From NCBI GenBank assembly GCA_963422395.1, contig OY729431.1, forward strand, positions 2,176,001-2,240,000: 64,000 nt of DNA, in the 5' to 3' direction. Source of the stretch: Vicinamibacteria bacterium (lineage in GTDB: Bacteria; Acidobacteriota; Vicinamibacteria; Marinacidobacterales; Marinacidobacteraceae). The stretch's first letter is position 1. Each line of letters starts with the position of its first letter. The position numbers and the translations under genes were made by a program. Positions 1 to 11,946 of the stretch are shown piece by piece. The notes under the pieces were generated by a model. It did not search any database. It saw only the letters and a program-made list of their open reading frames with translations, and was not told where the DNA came from.

Positions 1-172
1 GGCCGTCCGGAAGTCGGCAGAGCACGGCGAGCAACTCGTTCATGAAGAGTTCCGGAACCAGGAACCCCGATGGATCACGTTCGATCTCGTCGAGCACTTC
101 GGCGGCCTCTCGCAGGTGCGGCTCGTCCTTCACGAACCACTTGATCGCGACTGAGGCATCGAGAACGGTCAC
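1..172 (-). CDS. vapC: PIN-domain (VapC-like) toxin, runs off the window edge
   Basis: Manual translation from GTG at 172: MTVLDASVAIKWFVKDEP..., a typical PIN N-terminal D-A-S motif; GTGA overlap with the antitoxin stop. Confidence 0.8.
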   Translation of the reverse strand, partial: MTVLDASVAIKWFVKDEPHLREAAEVLDEIERDPSGFLVPELFMNELLAVLCRLPDG

Positions 173-432
173 GACCGCATATCGCGCAGCAAATCCAAAG
201 TCGTGCCGTTCGCCGGCGGCTCGAACTGGAGTTTCCTGAGCTTCGCCACCACGCTCCGCCGCTTCGCGTCCGCCTCCCGGTCCACGAACCGCTCGCGGTA
301 GTCCTTGAGGCTCACGAGGGCGGCTGCCGGAGTCCGGCGGCGGCAAACCACGATCGGCTCCCCGTTGCTCTCCAGCTGGTCGAGCACCCGACCCAGGGAT
401 TGCCGAAGCTCCAGTGCGTTGACGGTCTTCAT
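169..432 (-). CDS. Phd/YefM family antitoxin
   Basis: MKTVNALELRQSLGRVLDQL...EPIVVCRRRTPAAALV is the Phd signature; coupled to the PIN toxin; forms the C-terminal part of ORF 169..1788. Confidence 0.85.
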   Translation of the reverse strand: MKTVNALELRQSLGRVLDQLESNGEPIVVCRRRTPAAALVSLKDYRERFVDREADAKRRSVVAKLRKLQFEPPANGTTLDLLRDMRS

Positions 433-1452
433 GACACTCGGCAGTCTCGATCTTGTACGGTTCGGTGTCAAGAACGATCGTAGCGAGACGGTGGAATCCG
501 CCGGACAGTTGGCGGTCGAACGGCAGTGCGGGTTTCGAGCCGTGCGGTTGCGGCCCGTAACGGGTTCCTGGGCGGCGCCTGGAACTGACAGCAGCGCAGC
601 GATGGAGCCCCCGATGCGTTCGGCCGCTTCTTCGGTTGCACGGTCGCTGACGTGTGTGTAGCGGAACGCCATCCGGGGGTGAGAATGGCCCAGCAGGTGC
701 GCGACCACCGGCAGCGGCACGCCCTGCATCACGGCGTGGCTCGCGAAGGTGTGCCGAAGGTCATGCAGGCGCGCATCCCCGATCCGGGCCTCGCGGCGCA
801 CCTTCCGCCACAGCGACAGCTCGTCGGAGCGGTTCCGCGAGGGGTCGCGGGGCGAGGGGAACACGAACGCGCTGTCCGTCCGGGGCTGGCGGGCGAAAAC
901 GGCGCGCGCCTGTGCGTTCAGGAGGATGGTCCGCGGCCCCGTCTTGCTGTCCGTCAGGCGCAGCGACTCCCCGGCCACCTCCGACCAGCGGAGGCGCACG
1001 ATCTCGCTTTTCCGGCACCCGGTCAGCAGCAACAGACGAATGATGTCCGCCTGTTGCTCGCCGGAGCCGCGTCCGCGGTGGGCATCTAGCGCCGCGTACA
1101 GACGGTCGATTTCGGCCCGCGAGAGAAAACGGTTCGGCCTTGGACGCGGGTTGCGGCGCACGCGGCGGGTGGGATTGGCCGGGAGGTATCCGCACGCGAC
1201 CGCGTGGTTGAAGATCTGCCGCAGCACATCCAGAACGCGGTTCGCTCCTGCCGGCGCCGACTGGCTGTAGCGGTCGAACCACGAGTGCACCGTCTCGCGG
1301 CGGATGCGGTCGAGCCGCTGGGCGCCGAAGATCGGCAGAAGCTGGGTCCGCAAGGCGCTGTCCACGCGCTTCCGGGTCGACGGTTTGCAGCGGCTGTAGC
1401 AGGCCTTCTTCCAGGCGCCCGCGACGAAATGTCGGAACGTCGGCGGGCTCAT
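169..1452 (-). CDS. Tyrosine recombinase/integrase 2 (core ~590-1452; frame reads through into the Phd antitoxin)
   Basis: Start MSPPTF; catalytic motifs TGCRKSE, SKTG, HDLRH, LGH, FRY; ATGA overlap with the upstream recombinase. Confidence 0.9.
   Translation of the reverse strand: MSPPTFRHFVAGAWKKACYSRCKPSTRKRVDSALRTQLLPIFGAQRLDRIRRETVHSWFDRYSQSAPAGANRVLDVLRQIFNHAVACGYLPANPTRRVRRNPRPRPNRFLSRAEIDRLYAALDAHRGRGSGEQQADIIRLLLLTGCRKSEIVRLRWSEVAGESLRLTDSKTGPRTILLNAQARAVFARQPRTDSAFVFPSPRDPSRNRSDELSLWRKVRREARIGDARLHDLRHTFASHAVMQGVPLPVVAHLLGHSHPRMAFRYTHVSDRATEEAAERIGGSIAALLSVPGAAQEPVTGRNRTARNPHCRSTANCPADSTVSLRSFLTPNRTRSRLPSVMKTVNALELRQSLGRVLDQLESNGEPIVVCRRRTPAAALVSLKDYRERFVDREADAKRRSVVAKLRKLQFEPPANGTTLDLLRDMRS
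443..471 (-). promoter_or_regulatory. Putative sigma70 promoter of the phd-vapC operon
   Basis: Minus strand TTGACA (471-466), 17-nt spacer, GAGACT (448-443), just upstream of the antitoxin ATG. Confidence 0.45.
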
Positions 1453-2339
1453 CGGCCGGTTCCCAGCGCCGCCCCGACGAGTTCGACGGCGTTGCGCGCC
1501 ATGGGGTCGGCGATGTGCGTGTACCGCAGGGTGGCGGCTGGATCGCGGTGCCCCAGCAGGCGTCCGATGGTCAGCACCGTCTCCCCCTGCCGCAGCGCGA
1601 AGCTCGCGAAGCTGTGGCGCAGGTCGTGAAGCCGCACGTCGGACAGGGCCGCCGCCGCGCGCAGGGCGCGCCAGGCGCGGTAGAGGGTCTCCGGCGGCAT
1701 GGGGCCGCCGCCCCCCGGCGCCGGGAAGGTCCATGCGTCCGTACGCGCGAGCCGATCGAGCACCGATCGGGCGGCCGACGACAGCCACACGGTGCGGGGG
1801 CCCGTCTTGCTGTCACGCAGGAACAGGTGGCCTTCGCGATAGTCCGCCCACCGAAGCGTCCGGATCTCGCTCTGCCGACAGCCGGTCAGGGCGAGCAGCC
1901 GCACCAGCGCGGCGGCCGGCCGCGCGGCCGCTTCGTGCTCCGCGAGCGCAGCGCCCAGCCGCCCGAATTCGCCAGCGGTGAGGAAGCGCTCCCGTCCCCG
2001 CAGGCGGTAACGGCGGATCCCCGAGCACGGGTTGCTTCCTTCCGGGCGGTGGCCGTAGGACTCGGCCTCCCGCAGGATCACCGACAGAATCGGCAGCGAA
2101 CGATTCGCTGCGGCCGGTGTCGCGCACAGGTCCGCGATCCAGCACTCGACCTCCCGCCGCGTGATGTCGCCGAGCGGCCGGCCGCGGAACCAGGGCAGGA
2201 TCTGATTGCGCAGATAGGCGCGATTGACCTTGACGGTCTGCGGTTTCCAGCGGGAGGCGTACGTCCGGAACACGTCTGCGGCGAACACCTCGAAGGCTGT
2301 TCGGGGAGCGGGATCGTTCGATTCGTCGTGGTCTGCCAT
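1449..2339 (-). CDS. Tyrosine recombinase/integrase 1
   Basis: TGCRQSE, SKTG, HDLRH, LGH, LRY motifs; start uncertain (2339 or up to 2483). Confidence 0.9.
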   Translation of the reverse strand: MADHDESNDPAPRTAFEVFAADVFRTYASRWKPQTVKVNRAYLRNQILPWFRGRPLGDITRREVECWIADLCATPAAANRSLPILSVILREAESYGHRPEGSNPCSGIRRYRLRGRERFLTAGEFGRLGAALAEHEAAARPAAALVRLLALTGCRQSEIRTLRWADYREGHLFLRDSKTGPRTVWLSSAARSVLDRLARTDAWTFPAPGGGGPMPPETLYRAWRALRAAAALSDVRLHDLRHSFASFALRQGETVLTIGRLLGHRDPAATLRYTHIADPMARNAVELVGAALGTGR

Positions 2340-2463
2340 GGGAAACCGGAGAGGTTCCGGCATCTGGACATCCATGCGAACCCGGCGCCGCGGCCATGGA
2401 GCCCGCCGAGCGGTTTCGTGGAGACGCGGAGGTTGCGTGCCGCGCGGCGCCAGCGCGAAAACC

Positions 2464-2510
2464 GTGATACGGCCATTCCGCATGACCGGTGATACGGTCG
2501 TTCCGTATGA
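2464..2510. repeat. Two imperfect 22-bp direct repeats with an internal dyad
   Basis: gtgatacggccattccgcatga (2464-2485) and gtgatacggtcgttccgtatga (2489-2510); dyad ATACGG-N5-CCGTAT. Confidence 0.7.
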
Positions 2511-2649
2511 AGGCGCCGTTCATGCATCCAAGATCCGGTGGTGCAGCGGCTGCGGGAGAGAGCCGCGCGTCGGGGAGCAGCGGTGATGGCGTGCTGCCGT
2601 GCGGCAGCCGGTTTCTGTTCCTGACGGCAAGCGTCTGGTGAGAGCGGCG

Positions 2650-5494
<2,845 letters not shown>

Positions 5495-5848
5495 CCGACG
5501 ATCCCGCCACTTCTTGCTCATGACCGCCACACCGCACAACGGCAAGGAGGAGGACTTCCAACTCTTCCTCGCCTTGCTGGACGGCGACCGCTTCGAAGGG
5601 CGGTTCCGCGACGGCGTCCACGCCGCGGACGCGTCGGATCTGATGCGGCGCATGGTCAAGGAGCGGCTCGTGAAGTTCGACGGAAAGCCGCTCTTTCCCG
5701 AACGCATCGCCTACACGGTGCCCTACCAGCTCTCCGACGCGGAAGCCGGCCTCTACCAGGCGGTGACCGACTATGTGCGCGAAGAGTTCAACCGCCGGCT
5801 CGATTTCGAAGACCTCGACGACGCTCCGGATGCCGAGGCCGAGCGGGC
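5495..5848 (+). pseudogene. Internal fragment of a SNF2-family helicase
   Basis: [31 protein letters not shown]...YVREEFNR (motif III region); no N-terminal or HelicC domain. Confidence 0.8.
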
Positions 5849-6112
5849 CCAGCTCGAAGCCGCTACCGGCGAGCGGATCGCGGCGTTGGAAGCGGTTGAG
5901 CCGGACCGCGCGAAGGGGCAAGATGCCGGATTGGAGGCGGGCCGGAGCGCCGGACACGAGAGCCGCGCGTCGGTACCGCAGGAGCGGGACCGCTCACCGG
6001 AGCGGGAAATGGAACGGACCCGGGCGCCGAAAAGCGTGGATCGGGATCTGGGGCTGTAGTGTCGCGCGGTACGGAAACCCGCATTTCAGAGACAGGGGGG
6101 TTGCGGTCGAGC

Positions 6113-7117
6113 GTGTCCAGTGCGAAGCAAGTACTTGCCATGTTGCGTTGCCGGGCCGCGGGCGATGAAGAGCAGTTCTTCACCATCGCGCTCCAGGTCG
6201 CGGCGGCCGAGGCGCGCCAAGGACATCGTAGCTTGGCGGAAGCGCTTCGGGAGGCCGTGGAGAAGGCGCGCACTCATTCCGGTGGAGGGCAGACCGTCGC
6301 TGTTCCGTTCGCAAGGCCACGCGGTGACCTCGCCGAGCTTATAGAGCTGCGCAACCCCTCGCACCGTCTTGATGACGTCGTGCTGAACACCACGTTGCGA
6401 GGCCAGCTCGACGATCTGATCCGCGAACAGGCGCGCAGGGATTGGCTTCGAGAGCACGGGAAGACGCCGAGCCGGCGGATCCTGTTCGTCGGGCCGCCGG
6501 GATCGGGGAAAACCATGACCGCCGAAGCGCTCGCCGGTGCCCTGAAACTGCCGTTGTTCGTCATTCGCCTGGAGGCGCTGATAACACGGTTCATGGGGGA
6601 GACGGCTGCCAAGTTGCGTCTCGCATTCGATGAAACGGCAAAACGCCGCGGGAGCTATCTCTTCGACGAATTCGACGCCGTCGGCGGTCATCGCAGCGCG
6701 TCCAACGACGTCGCCGAGATGCGCAGGGTCCTGAACTCGTTCCTGCTCTTCATGGAAGAGCCGAACGCGACGGACAGCTTGATCGTTTGCGCGACCAACC
6801 ACCCCGATCTACTCGATCGCGCACTGCTGCGACGGTTCGATCTCGTCCTGCCGTTCGAGATGCCGAACGACGCCGAGACCCGCCGGATCATCAAGGCTTG
6901 TCTCCGACCGATGAAGTATCCGAATCTGGCCTGGAAACGGATCGTGGATGCGGGGCGTGGCCTGAGCCAGTCCGAGCTTTCGTGGGCGGCCGAGAAGGCC
7001 GTAAAGACCGCGATGCTCGATGAGCGGGACCGTCTGACGACAATGGACGTTGTCAGCGCTCTCGATGAACGCCGGGAGATGCGCGAAGCCTTCACGGGCG
7101 CGCAAGGTTCGACCTGA
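6113..7117 (+). CDS. AAA+ ATPase, IetA-like
   Basis: Walker A GPPGSGKT, Walker B YLFDEFD, ATNHPDLLDRALLRRFD; directly upstream of an S8 protease; start GTG 6113 or 6059. Confidence 0.9.
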   Translation: MSSAKQVLAMLRCRAAGDEEQFFTIALQVAAAEARQGHRSLAEALREAVEKARTHSGGGQTVAVPFARPRGDLAELIELRNPSHRLDDVVLNTTLRGQLDDLIREQARRDWLREHGKTPSRRILFVGPPGSGKTMTAEALAGALKLPLFVIRLEALITRFMGETAAKLRLAFDETAKRRGSYLFDEFDAVGGHRSASNDVAEMRRVLNSFLLFMEEPNATDSLIVCATNHPDLLDRALLRRFDLVLPFEMPNDAETRRIIKACLRPMKYPNLAWKRIVDAGRGLSQSELSWAAEKAVKTAMLDERDRLTTMDVVSALDERREMREAFTGAQGST

Positions 7118-7120
7118 GTC

Positions 7121-10100
7121 GTGGCCTCCCCTTACGATCTTCCGCACATTGACTTTTCGCGGCGGCGGCGGGCCAAGCCGTTTACATCGGCTGCTTCCAA
7201 TCAGATCGGAGCGGGAACACCGCGCAGCCGCGAGGAGCATGGCGAGAAGCTGCGCGGCGAACTTGCCGCATCCTATCAGGCGTTCGATGCGGCAAGGCGC
7301 GAGGATCCTCGTCTGGATCCGCCCCAGGGCGCCTTTCTCGAAGTCAAGCTGAAGCGGGGATCGCGGGTCGATGTCGTCGAACGAAGAAACGATGGCATCA
7401 GGCCGGGGGCGGCCAGGCTCGATACGAACGAGAAACGGATCGTCGGGCTGTATGTCCCCGATGAGTCGCGCGAGGTATTCGCGGAGATTCTCCGTGAATA
7501 TCAGGAGGGCGAGCTGGCCCCGGGAGGCAAACCGCAGCGCAAGGCCTTCGTCGATCCCATCGAATCCATCCGTGCTGCTCGTCTTGAGACGTTCTGGACC
7601 GACGATGCTTCGAGGCTTCCGCCACCAGGCCGGCAAATGTGGTGGGAAGTCTGGTGCGTGCGCGCGTTGGAGGACGAGCTCGATCGGTTGGTCGCCAAGC
7701 TCGGAGCGCGCGCGGCAGATCGCGAGCAACGCCTGTATTTTCCCGAACATGCCGTGCTGCCGGTGCTGGCCGACAGGGCAACGATCGAGCTGATGCTGTT
7801 CGCGCGCCTTTCCATTGTCGAGCTGCGCAGGGCAAGCGACAGTCCGGCCTTCTTTCTGGACGATATCGACCGGGACGAGCAACGGGACGCCTGCGAGGAG
7901 CTCTCTGAACGAACGGAATGGCCGGGCATGGATGTTCCGGCAGTCTGTCTTCTCGATACAGGGGTGAATCGCGCCCATATCCTGATCGAACCGGCGCTCG
8001 CCGAAGCGGATATGGCCGCGGTGAAGGGCGAATGGGGAGTCGCCGACTCCGCACAGGGGCACGGCACGGGCATGGCGGGGCTTGCGCTGTTCGGAGACTT
8101 GACTCCGCATCTGACGGGTGCGGAGGTCCTGTCGCTGAGGCACCGTCTGGAGTCGGTGAAGATACTGTCGCCGAACAGATTCGATCCGACCGAAGAGCGT
8201 TTGTACGGCGCGTACACGAAGCAGGCCGTGGCATTGCCCGAAACCGAGCGTCCGGACCGTCGCAGGGTGTTTTGCCTGGCGGTGACCAATGAAGACCGGA
8301 CCGGCAACCGGCCGACGACCTGGAGTGCAGCGATCGACCAAGAGGCTGCCGGTGTGACGGAGGTTGGCGAGCGGGTGCCTGCGAGACTGTTCGTGGTGTC
8401 GGCAGGGAATGCGCCTAGTGAGATCACGATGGAGCGGATCGCGGACGCGGACACGCTCGAAATCGAGGATCCCGCGCAAGCCTGGAACGCGATAACGGTC
8501 GGCGGGTACACCGATCTGATCAATGTCCAGGAACCGAAATTCGAGCATTATTCGCCCTTCGCCAAGGCGGGCGACATCAGCCCTTACACGCGGACATCGA
8601 CACTGTGGCTCCAGGGCAAGGCCCCGTTCAAGCCGGATATCGTCATGGAAGCGGGCAACCGTGTGGTCTCGCCCGCGAGGACGGATGCGTACGACGCGGA
8701 TTCGCTGGCGCTATTGTCGACCGGGCCGAACACCGATCAGCATCCACTGGTGTCGTTTCGGGCGACGAGCGCGGCCACGGCGCAGGCTGCACGCCTTGCC
8801 GCGCGGTTGACGGCCGAGTTTCCGCACTACTGGCCCGAGACCATACGGGCCTTGGGAAGGTCTGATCAAGATGATTTTTTAGTCGGATTCTCGATATCGG
8901 ATGGAGCTCGGCTTCTACGATTCGTGAGGAAACCTCGAGTGCCGACCTTCATCGGCAGTATTCCCCCGCGCCGGGCAAGAGAGTCAGGCTCCGGGCAGCC
9001 CCCTCGGCTCTCTCCCCGAGTCTTCTCAGCAGGCGCAGCGCTCTTGCGCCCGTATCACCACTCTCCTGGCTTGGAACAGGTTCACCAGCGCGCAAGTCGC
9101 CACCACCCGATGCCAGTTCTTCTCGATGCCTCGGTACCGCACCTCCCGAAACCCGAACACCCGCTTCATCACCTGAAACGGATGCTCCACCCGAGCCCGA
9201 ACCCGCGCCTTCCTGACGTTCGCCGCCCGCTGCTGCTCGGTGAGAGGCTGATTCCGAAACGCCTTCCGCTGTGTGAAGTCCTGTGCCCGCGGCGCTACTT
9301 CTCGAATCACCTTCCGTTGCCCGCAATACGCCTTGTCCCCCCACACCCGCGTCTCCCCTCCGTGGAGCAGCTCCGCCAACACCTGCGAGTCGTGCACATT
9401 CGCCGCCGTCGCCACCACCGAATGGATCTGCTTCGTCTGCGAGTCCATCCCGATGTGCGCCTTCATCCCGAAATACCACTGCTGCCCCTTCCGTGTCGAG
9501 CCCATCTCCGGATCCCGCGCCTTCGCCCGGTTCTTCCTCGAACTCGGCGCCGTCAGGATCGTCGCGTCCACGATCGTCCCGTTCCGCACCCGCACCCCGT
9601 GCTCCGCCAGATACTCCTGGACCTGCTCGAACATCGCCTCCGTCAGGTCGTGACGCTCCAGCAGATGCCGGAACTTGCACACCGTCGTCTCATCCGGCGC
9701 CCTCTCCCGCCCCAGGTCGATCCCCACGAAGCGCCGCATCGAATCCGACTCGTAGAGCGCCTCCTCCACCCCGGGGTCCGACAGGTCGAACCACTGCTGC
9801 AAGAAGTAGATCCGCAGCATCCGTTCCAGCTCCACCGGCGGTCGCCCACGCCCCCGCTTCGGATACACCGGCGCGATCGCCGCGCACAACGCATCCCACG
9901 GCACCACCCGGTCCATCTCTTCCAAAAACCGACGCCGCCTCGTCTTCTTCCGAAACCTGTCGAATCCCGCTTCCGCAAAGCTCATCTGACGCATATCAAC
10001 CCCCACCGCCATTCCTCAGACGATACAAAGCAGAATACCCCAAACGAAATCAATAAATCAGAGGGTCCCTTGATGATCCACGGCGCGGATTGGACACCGC

Positions 10101-10825
10101 TGATGAAGGGTGCCTTGACGGCGGCGGGCACCAAGAGCGAGGCTTGTCTCCTCCTGAGGCGATACGGCCACGGTGTACCGACGTTCGAGCGCGCCGCGGC
10201 CTCGGCGAGAAATCACCTGGCGATGATTTCCGAAGCGGAAATTCAACCGTACAGTCGAAGTGGAAAGGGCATGCACGAATGCCACTTCTATTCGTTGCCC
10301 TGGCCTCGGACGGCTCTCGAAAGTCTGGGCGAACAGGACGTCACCCTGAAAATCACATTGTCGTATTTCGTCGAGCCCAACCCCGGTTCGTCCGCTGCAT
10401 TCGATCCGTATCGCTATCAATCCTTTGGACTGCGCTTCGACCTTAAGCGCCGGTCGGAGACGGTTGCCAATTTCGCGAAGCGGCTCAACAAGCAGGCATG
10501 GGAGAAACTCAAGGATCGGCCTTCTACGGATGAGGACCGTGACAGATGGCTGTTCGGTACGCAATCGATGTCCGCGGGATCGTTGCACAGTGATGAATGG
10601 ACGGGACCCGCGGTCAATCTTCTCTCACGCAACATCATCTGCATCAAACCGGTCGGGGGCTGGTGGAAGGAACGTGCGAAGGCCGATGTGCGAGGACAGA
10701 AAGCGCGCTATTCGCTCGTTCTCTCCCTGCGATCCGAGGACAGTGAAATCGATCTCTACACGCCTGTCTCGACCATGGTCGAGGCGGAGATCGGGGTCGA
10801 ATCCATCGTGGTTCCGACAAGCTGA
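7121..10825 (+). CDS. S8 subtilisin-like serine protease, IetS-like, interrupted in frame by IS5 (native ~828 aa)
   Basis: Triad motifs LLDTG, GHGTGMA, ATSAAT; WPETIRAL|MIHGADW rejoins across the IS; C-terminal TLSYFVEPNPG and YQSFGLRFDL. Confidence 0.85.
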   Translation: MASPYDLPHIDFSRRRRAKPFTSAASNQIGAGTPRSREEHGEKLRGELAASYQAFDAARREDPRLDPPQGAFLEVKLKRGSRVDVVERRNDGIRPGAARLDTNEKRIVGLYVPDESREVFAEILREYQEGELAPGGKPQRKAFVDPIESIRAARLETFWTDDASRLPPPGRQMWWEVWCVRALEDELDRLVAKLGARAADREQRLYFPEHAVLPVLADRATIELMLFARLSIVELRRASDSPAFFLDDIDRDEQRDACEELSERTEWPGMDVPAVCLLDTGVNRAHILIEPALAEADMAAVKGEWGVADSAQGHGTGMAGLALFGDLTPHLTGAEVLSLRHRLESVKILSPNRFDPTEERLYGAYTKQAVALPETERPDRRRVFCLAVTNEDRTGNRPTTWSAAIDQEAAGVTEVGERVPARLFVVSAGNAPSEITMERIADADTLEIEDPAQAWNAITVGGYTDLINVQEPKFEHYSPFAKAGDISPYTRTSTLWLQGKAPFKPDIVMEAGNRVVSPARTDAYDADSLALLSTGPNTDQHPLVSFRATSAATAQAARLAARLTAEFPHYWPETIRALGRSDQDDFLVGFSISDGARLLRFVRKPRVPTFIGSIPPRRARESGSGQPPRLSPRVFSAGAALLRPYHHSPGLEQVHQRASRHHPMPVLLDASVPHLPKPEHPLHHLKRMLHPSPNPRLPDVRRPLLLGERLIPKRLPLCEVLCPRRYFSNHLPLPAIRLVPPHPRLPSVEQLRQHLRVVHIRRRRHHRMDLLRLRVHPDVRLHPEIPLLPLPCRAHLRIPRLRPVLPRTRRRQDRRVHDRPVPHPHPVLRQILLDLLEHRLRQVVTLQQMPELAHRRLIRRPLPPQVDPHEAPHRIRLVERLLHPGVRQVEPLLQEVDPQHPFQLHRRSPTPPLRIHRRDRRAQRIPRHHPVHLFQKPTPPRLLPKPVESRFRKAHLTHINPHRHSSDDTKQNTPNEINKSEGPLMIHGADWTPLMKGALTAAGTKSEACLLLRRYGHGVPTFERAAASARNHLAMISEAEIQPYSRSGKGMHECHFYSLPWPRTALESLGEQDVTLKITLSYFVEPNPGSSAAFDPYRYQSFGLRFDLKRRSETVANFAKRLNKQAWEKLKDRPSTDEDRDRWLFGTQSMSAGSLHSDEWTGPAVNLLSRNIICIKPVGGWWKERAKADVRGQKARYSLVLSLRSEDSEIDLYTPVSTMVEAEIGVESIVVPTS
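8855..10068 (-). mobile_element. IS5-family insertion sequence, 1214 bp
   Basis: 4-bp target duplication CTTG (8851-8854 and 10069-10072); imperfect terminal inverted repeats GGAAGGTCTGAT / GGACCCTCTGAT. Confidence 0.9.
9026..9994 (-). CDS. IS5-family DDE transposase
   Basis: MRQMSFAEAGF...LERMLRIYFLQQWF, IVDAT, WYFGMKAH, GDKAY, RVEHPF. Confidence 0.95.
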   Translation of the reverse strand: MRQMSFAEAGFDRFRKKTRRRRFLEEMDRVVPWDALCAAIAPVYPKRGRGRPPVELERMLRIYFLQQWFDLSDPGVEEALYESDSMRRFVGIDLGRERAPDETTVCKFRHLLERHDLTEAMFEQVQEYLAEHGVRVRNGTIVDATILTAPSSRKNRAKARDPEMGSTRKGQQWYFGMKAHIGMDSQTKQIHSVVATAANVHDSQVLAELLHGGETRVWGDKAYCGQRKVIREVAPRAQDFTQRKAFRNQPLTEQQRAANVRKARVRARVEHPFQVMKRVFGFREVRYRGIEKNWHRVVATCALVNLFQARRVVIRAQERCAC

Positions 10826-10948
10826 GCACCGTCTGGCAAGTCGCAATTTCCTGCCGCAGGGGAAAGCTGAACGAGTTGATGCCGGGATGGATTGTCGAGC
10901 GGCGACGATGTGCGGGTGGGGGAGCGTCTGAGGGGCCCAGTGACGAAG

Positions 10949-11332
10949 AGAGCTGGCCGGAAATCATGCGGCTCTCCCGGACCGACGAAATCCACCAGCA
11001 GGCGCTCCTGCCGCTCGGCGGCCCCTCGTAGCCGACGATCCCGCCACTTCTTGCTCATGACCGCCACACCGCACAACGGCAAGGAGGAGGACTTCCAACT
11101 CTTCCTCGCCTTGCTGGACGGCGACCGCTTCGAAGGGCGGTTCCGCGACGGCGTCCACGCCGCGGACGCGTCGGATCTGATGCGGCGCATGGTCAAGGAG
11201 CGGCTCGTGAAGTTCGACGGAAAGCCGCTCTTTCCCGAACGCATCGCCTACACGGTGCCCTACCAGCTCTCCGACGCGGAAGCCGGCCTCTACCAGGCGG
11301 TGACCGACTATGTGCGCGAAGAGTTCAACCGC
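10949..11332 (+). repeat. 384-bp direct repeat, copy 2 (methyltransferase 3' end + SNF2 fragment)
   Basis: Matches 5412..5795. Confidence 0.9.
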
Positions 11333-11594
11333 GCGGACGCACTGCCCGACGAACCCAACTTCTGCGTGCCGGCCTACGACGTCGAGACCGAGGTGCAGCA
11401 GATCCGCATCGTCATCGAAGGACTCGCCGGCCACGTCCCCACCGCCCTGATCGCGCTCCACCTCGGCGACGCGCTTCACGATCTGCGACAAGCTGAACAG
11501 GCGCCTCGGCCTCACCAGGGAGCAGTGGACCGCGCTCGCCGCCCAGTCCACGCGCACCGGGACGCCCGAGCCCGGCGACCCCGCCGAGCACTGA
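11333..11594 (+). pseudogene. Remnant of a small hypothetical gene, frameshifted
   Basis: ...[17 protein letters not shown] shifts into [23 protein letters not shown]...AEH*; no start codon. Confidence 0.4.
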
Positions 11595-11606
11595 CCCGCG
11601 CGCTGG

Positions 11607-11942
11607 ATGGGTTCGAGCAAGGCGGATCTGAAGCGCTTCCCCGACCCGGTGCAGGGCCGCATGGGGTTCGCGATCTACCGCGCCCAGCTCGGACGCCGGC
11701 ACCGCGGCGCCAAGCCGCTGAAGGGCTTCGGCTCGGGCGTCCTGGAGGTCGTCTCGCGCCACGACGGCGACACCTTCCGGGCCGTCTACACGGTGCGGTT
11801 CGAGACCGCCGTCTATGTCCTGCACGCCTTCCAGAAGAAAGCGAGGCGTGGCATCGCGACCCCGAAGCAGGAGCTCGACCTGGTCCGCCGCCGATTGCAG
11901 GCCGCCGAGCGGCACTACCGTGACACGCATTGTGGAGACTGA
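11607..11942 (+). CDS. RelE/HigB-like (Gp49 family) toxin
   Basis: [11 protein letters not shown]...[14 protein letters not shown]...[20 protein letters not shown]. Confidence 0.85.
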   Translation: MGSSKADLKRFPDPVQGRMGFAIYRAQLGRRHRGAKPLKGFGSGVLEVVSRHDGDTFRAVYTVRFETAVYVLHAFQKKARRGIATPKQELDLVRRRLQAAERHYRDTHCGD

Positions 11943-11946
11943 CGCC

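Noticed and set aside
7121-10825. Native 1234-aa multidomain protease
   Set aside because: The central 406 residues are the antisense translation of an IS5 bounded by a CTTG duplication
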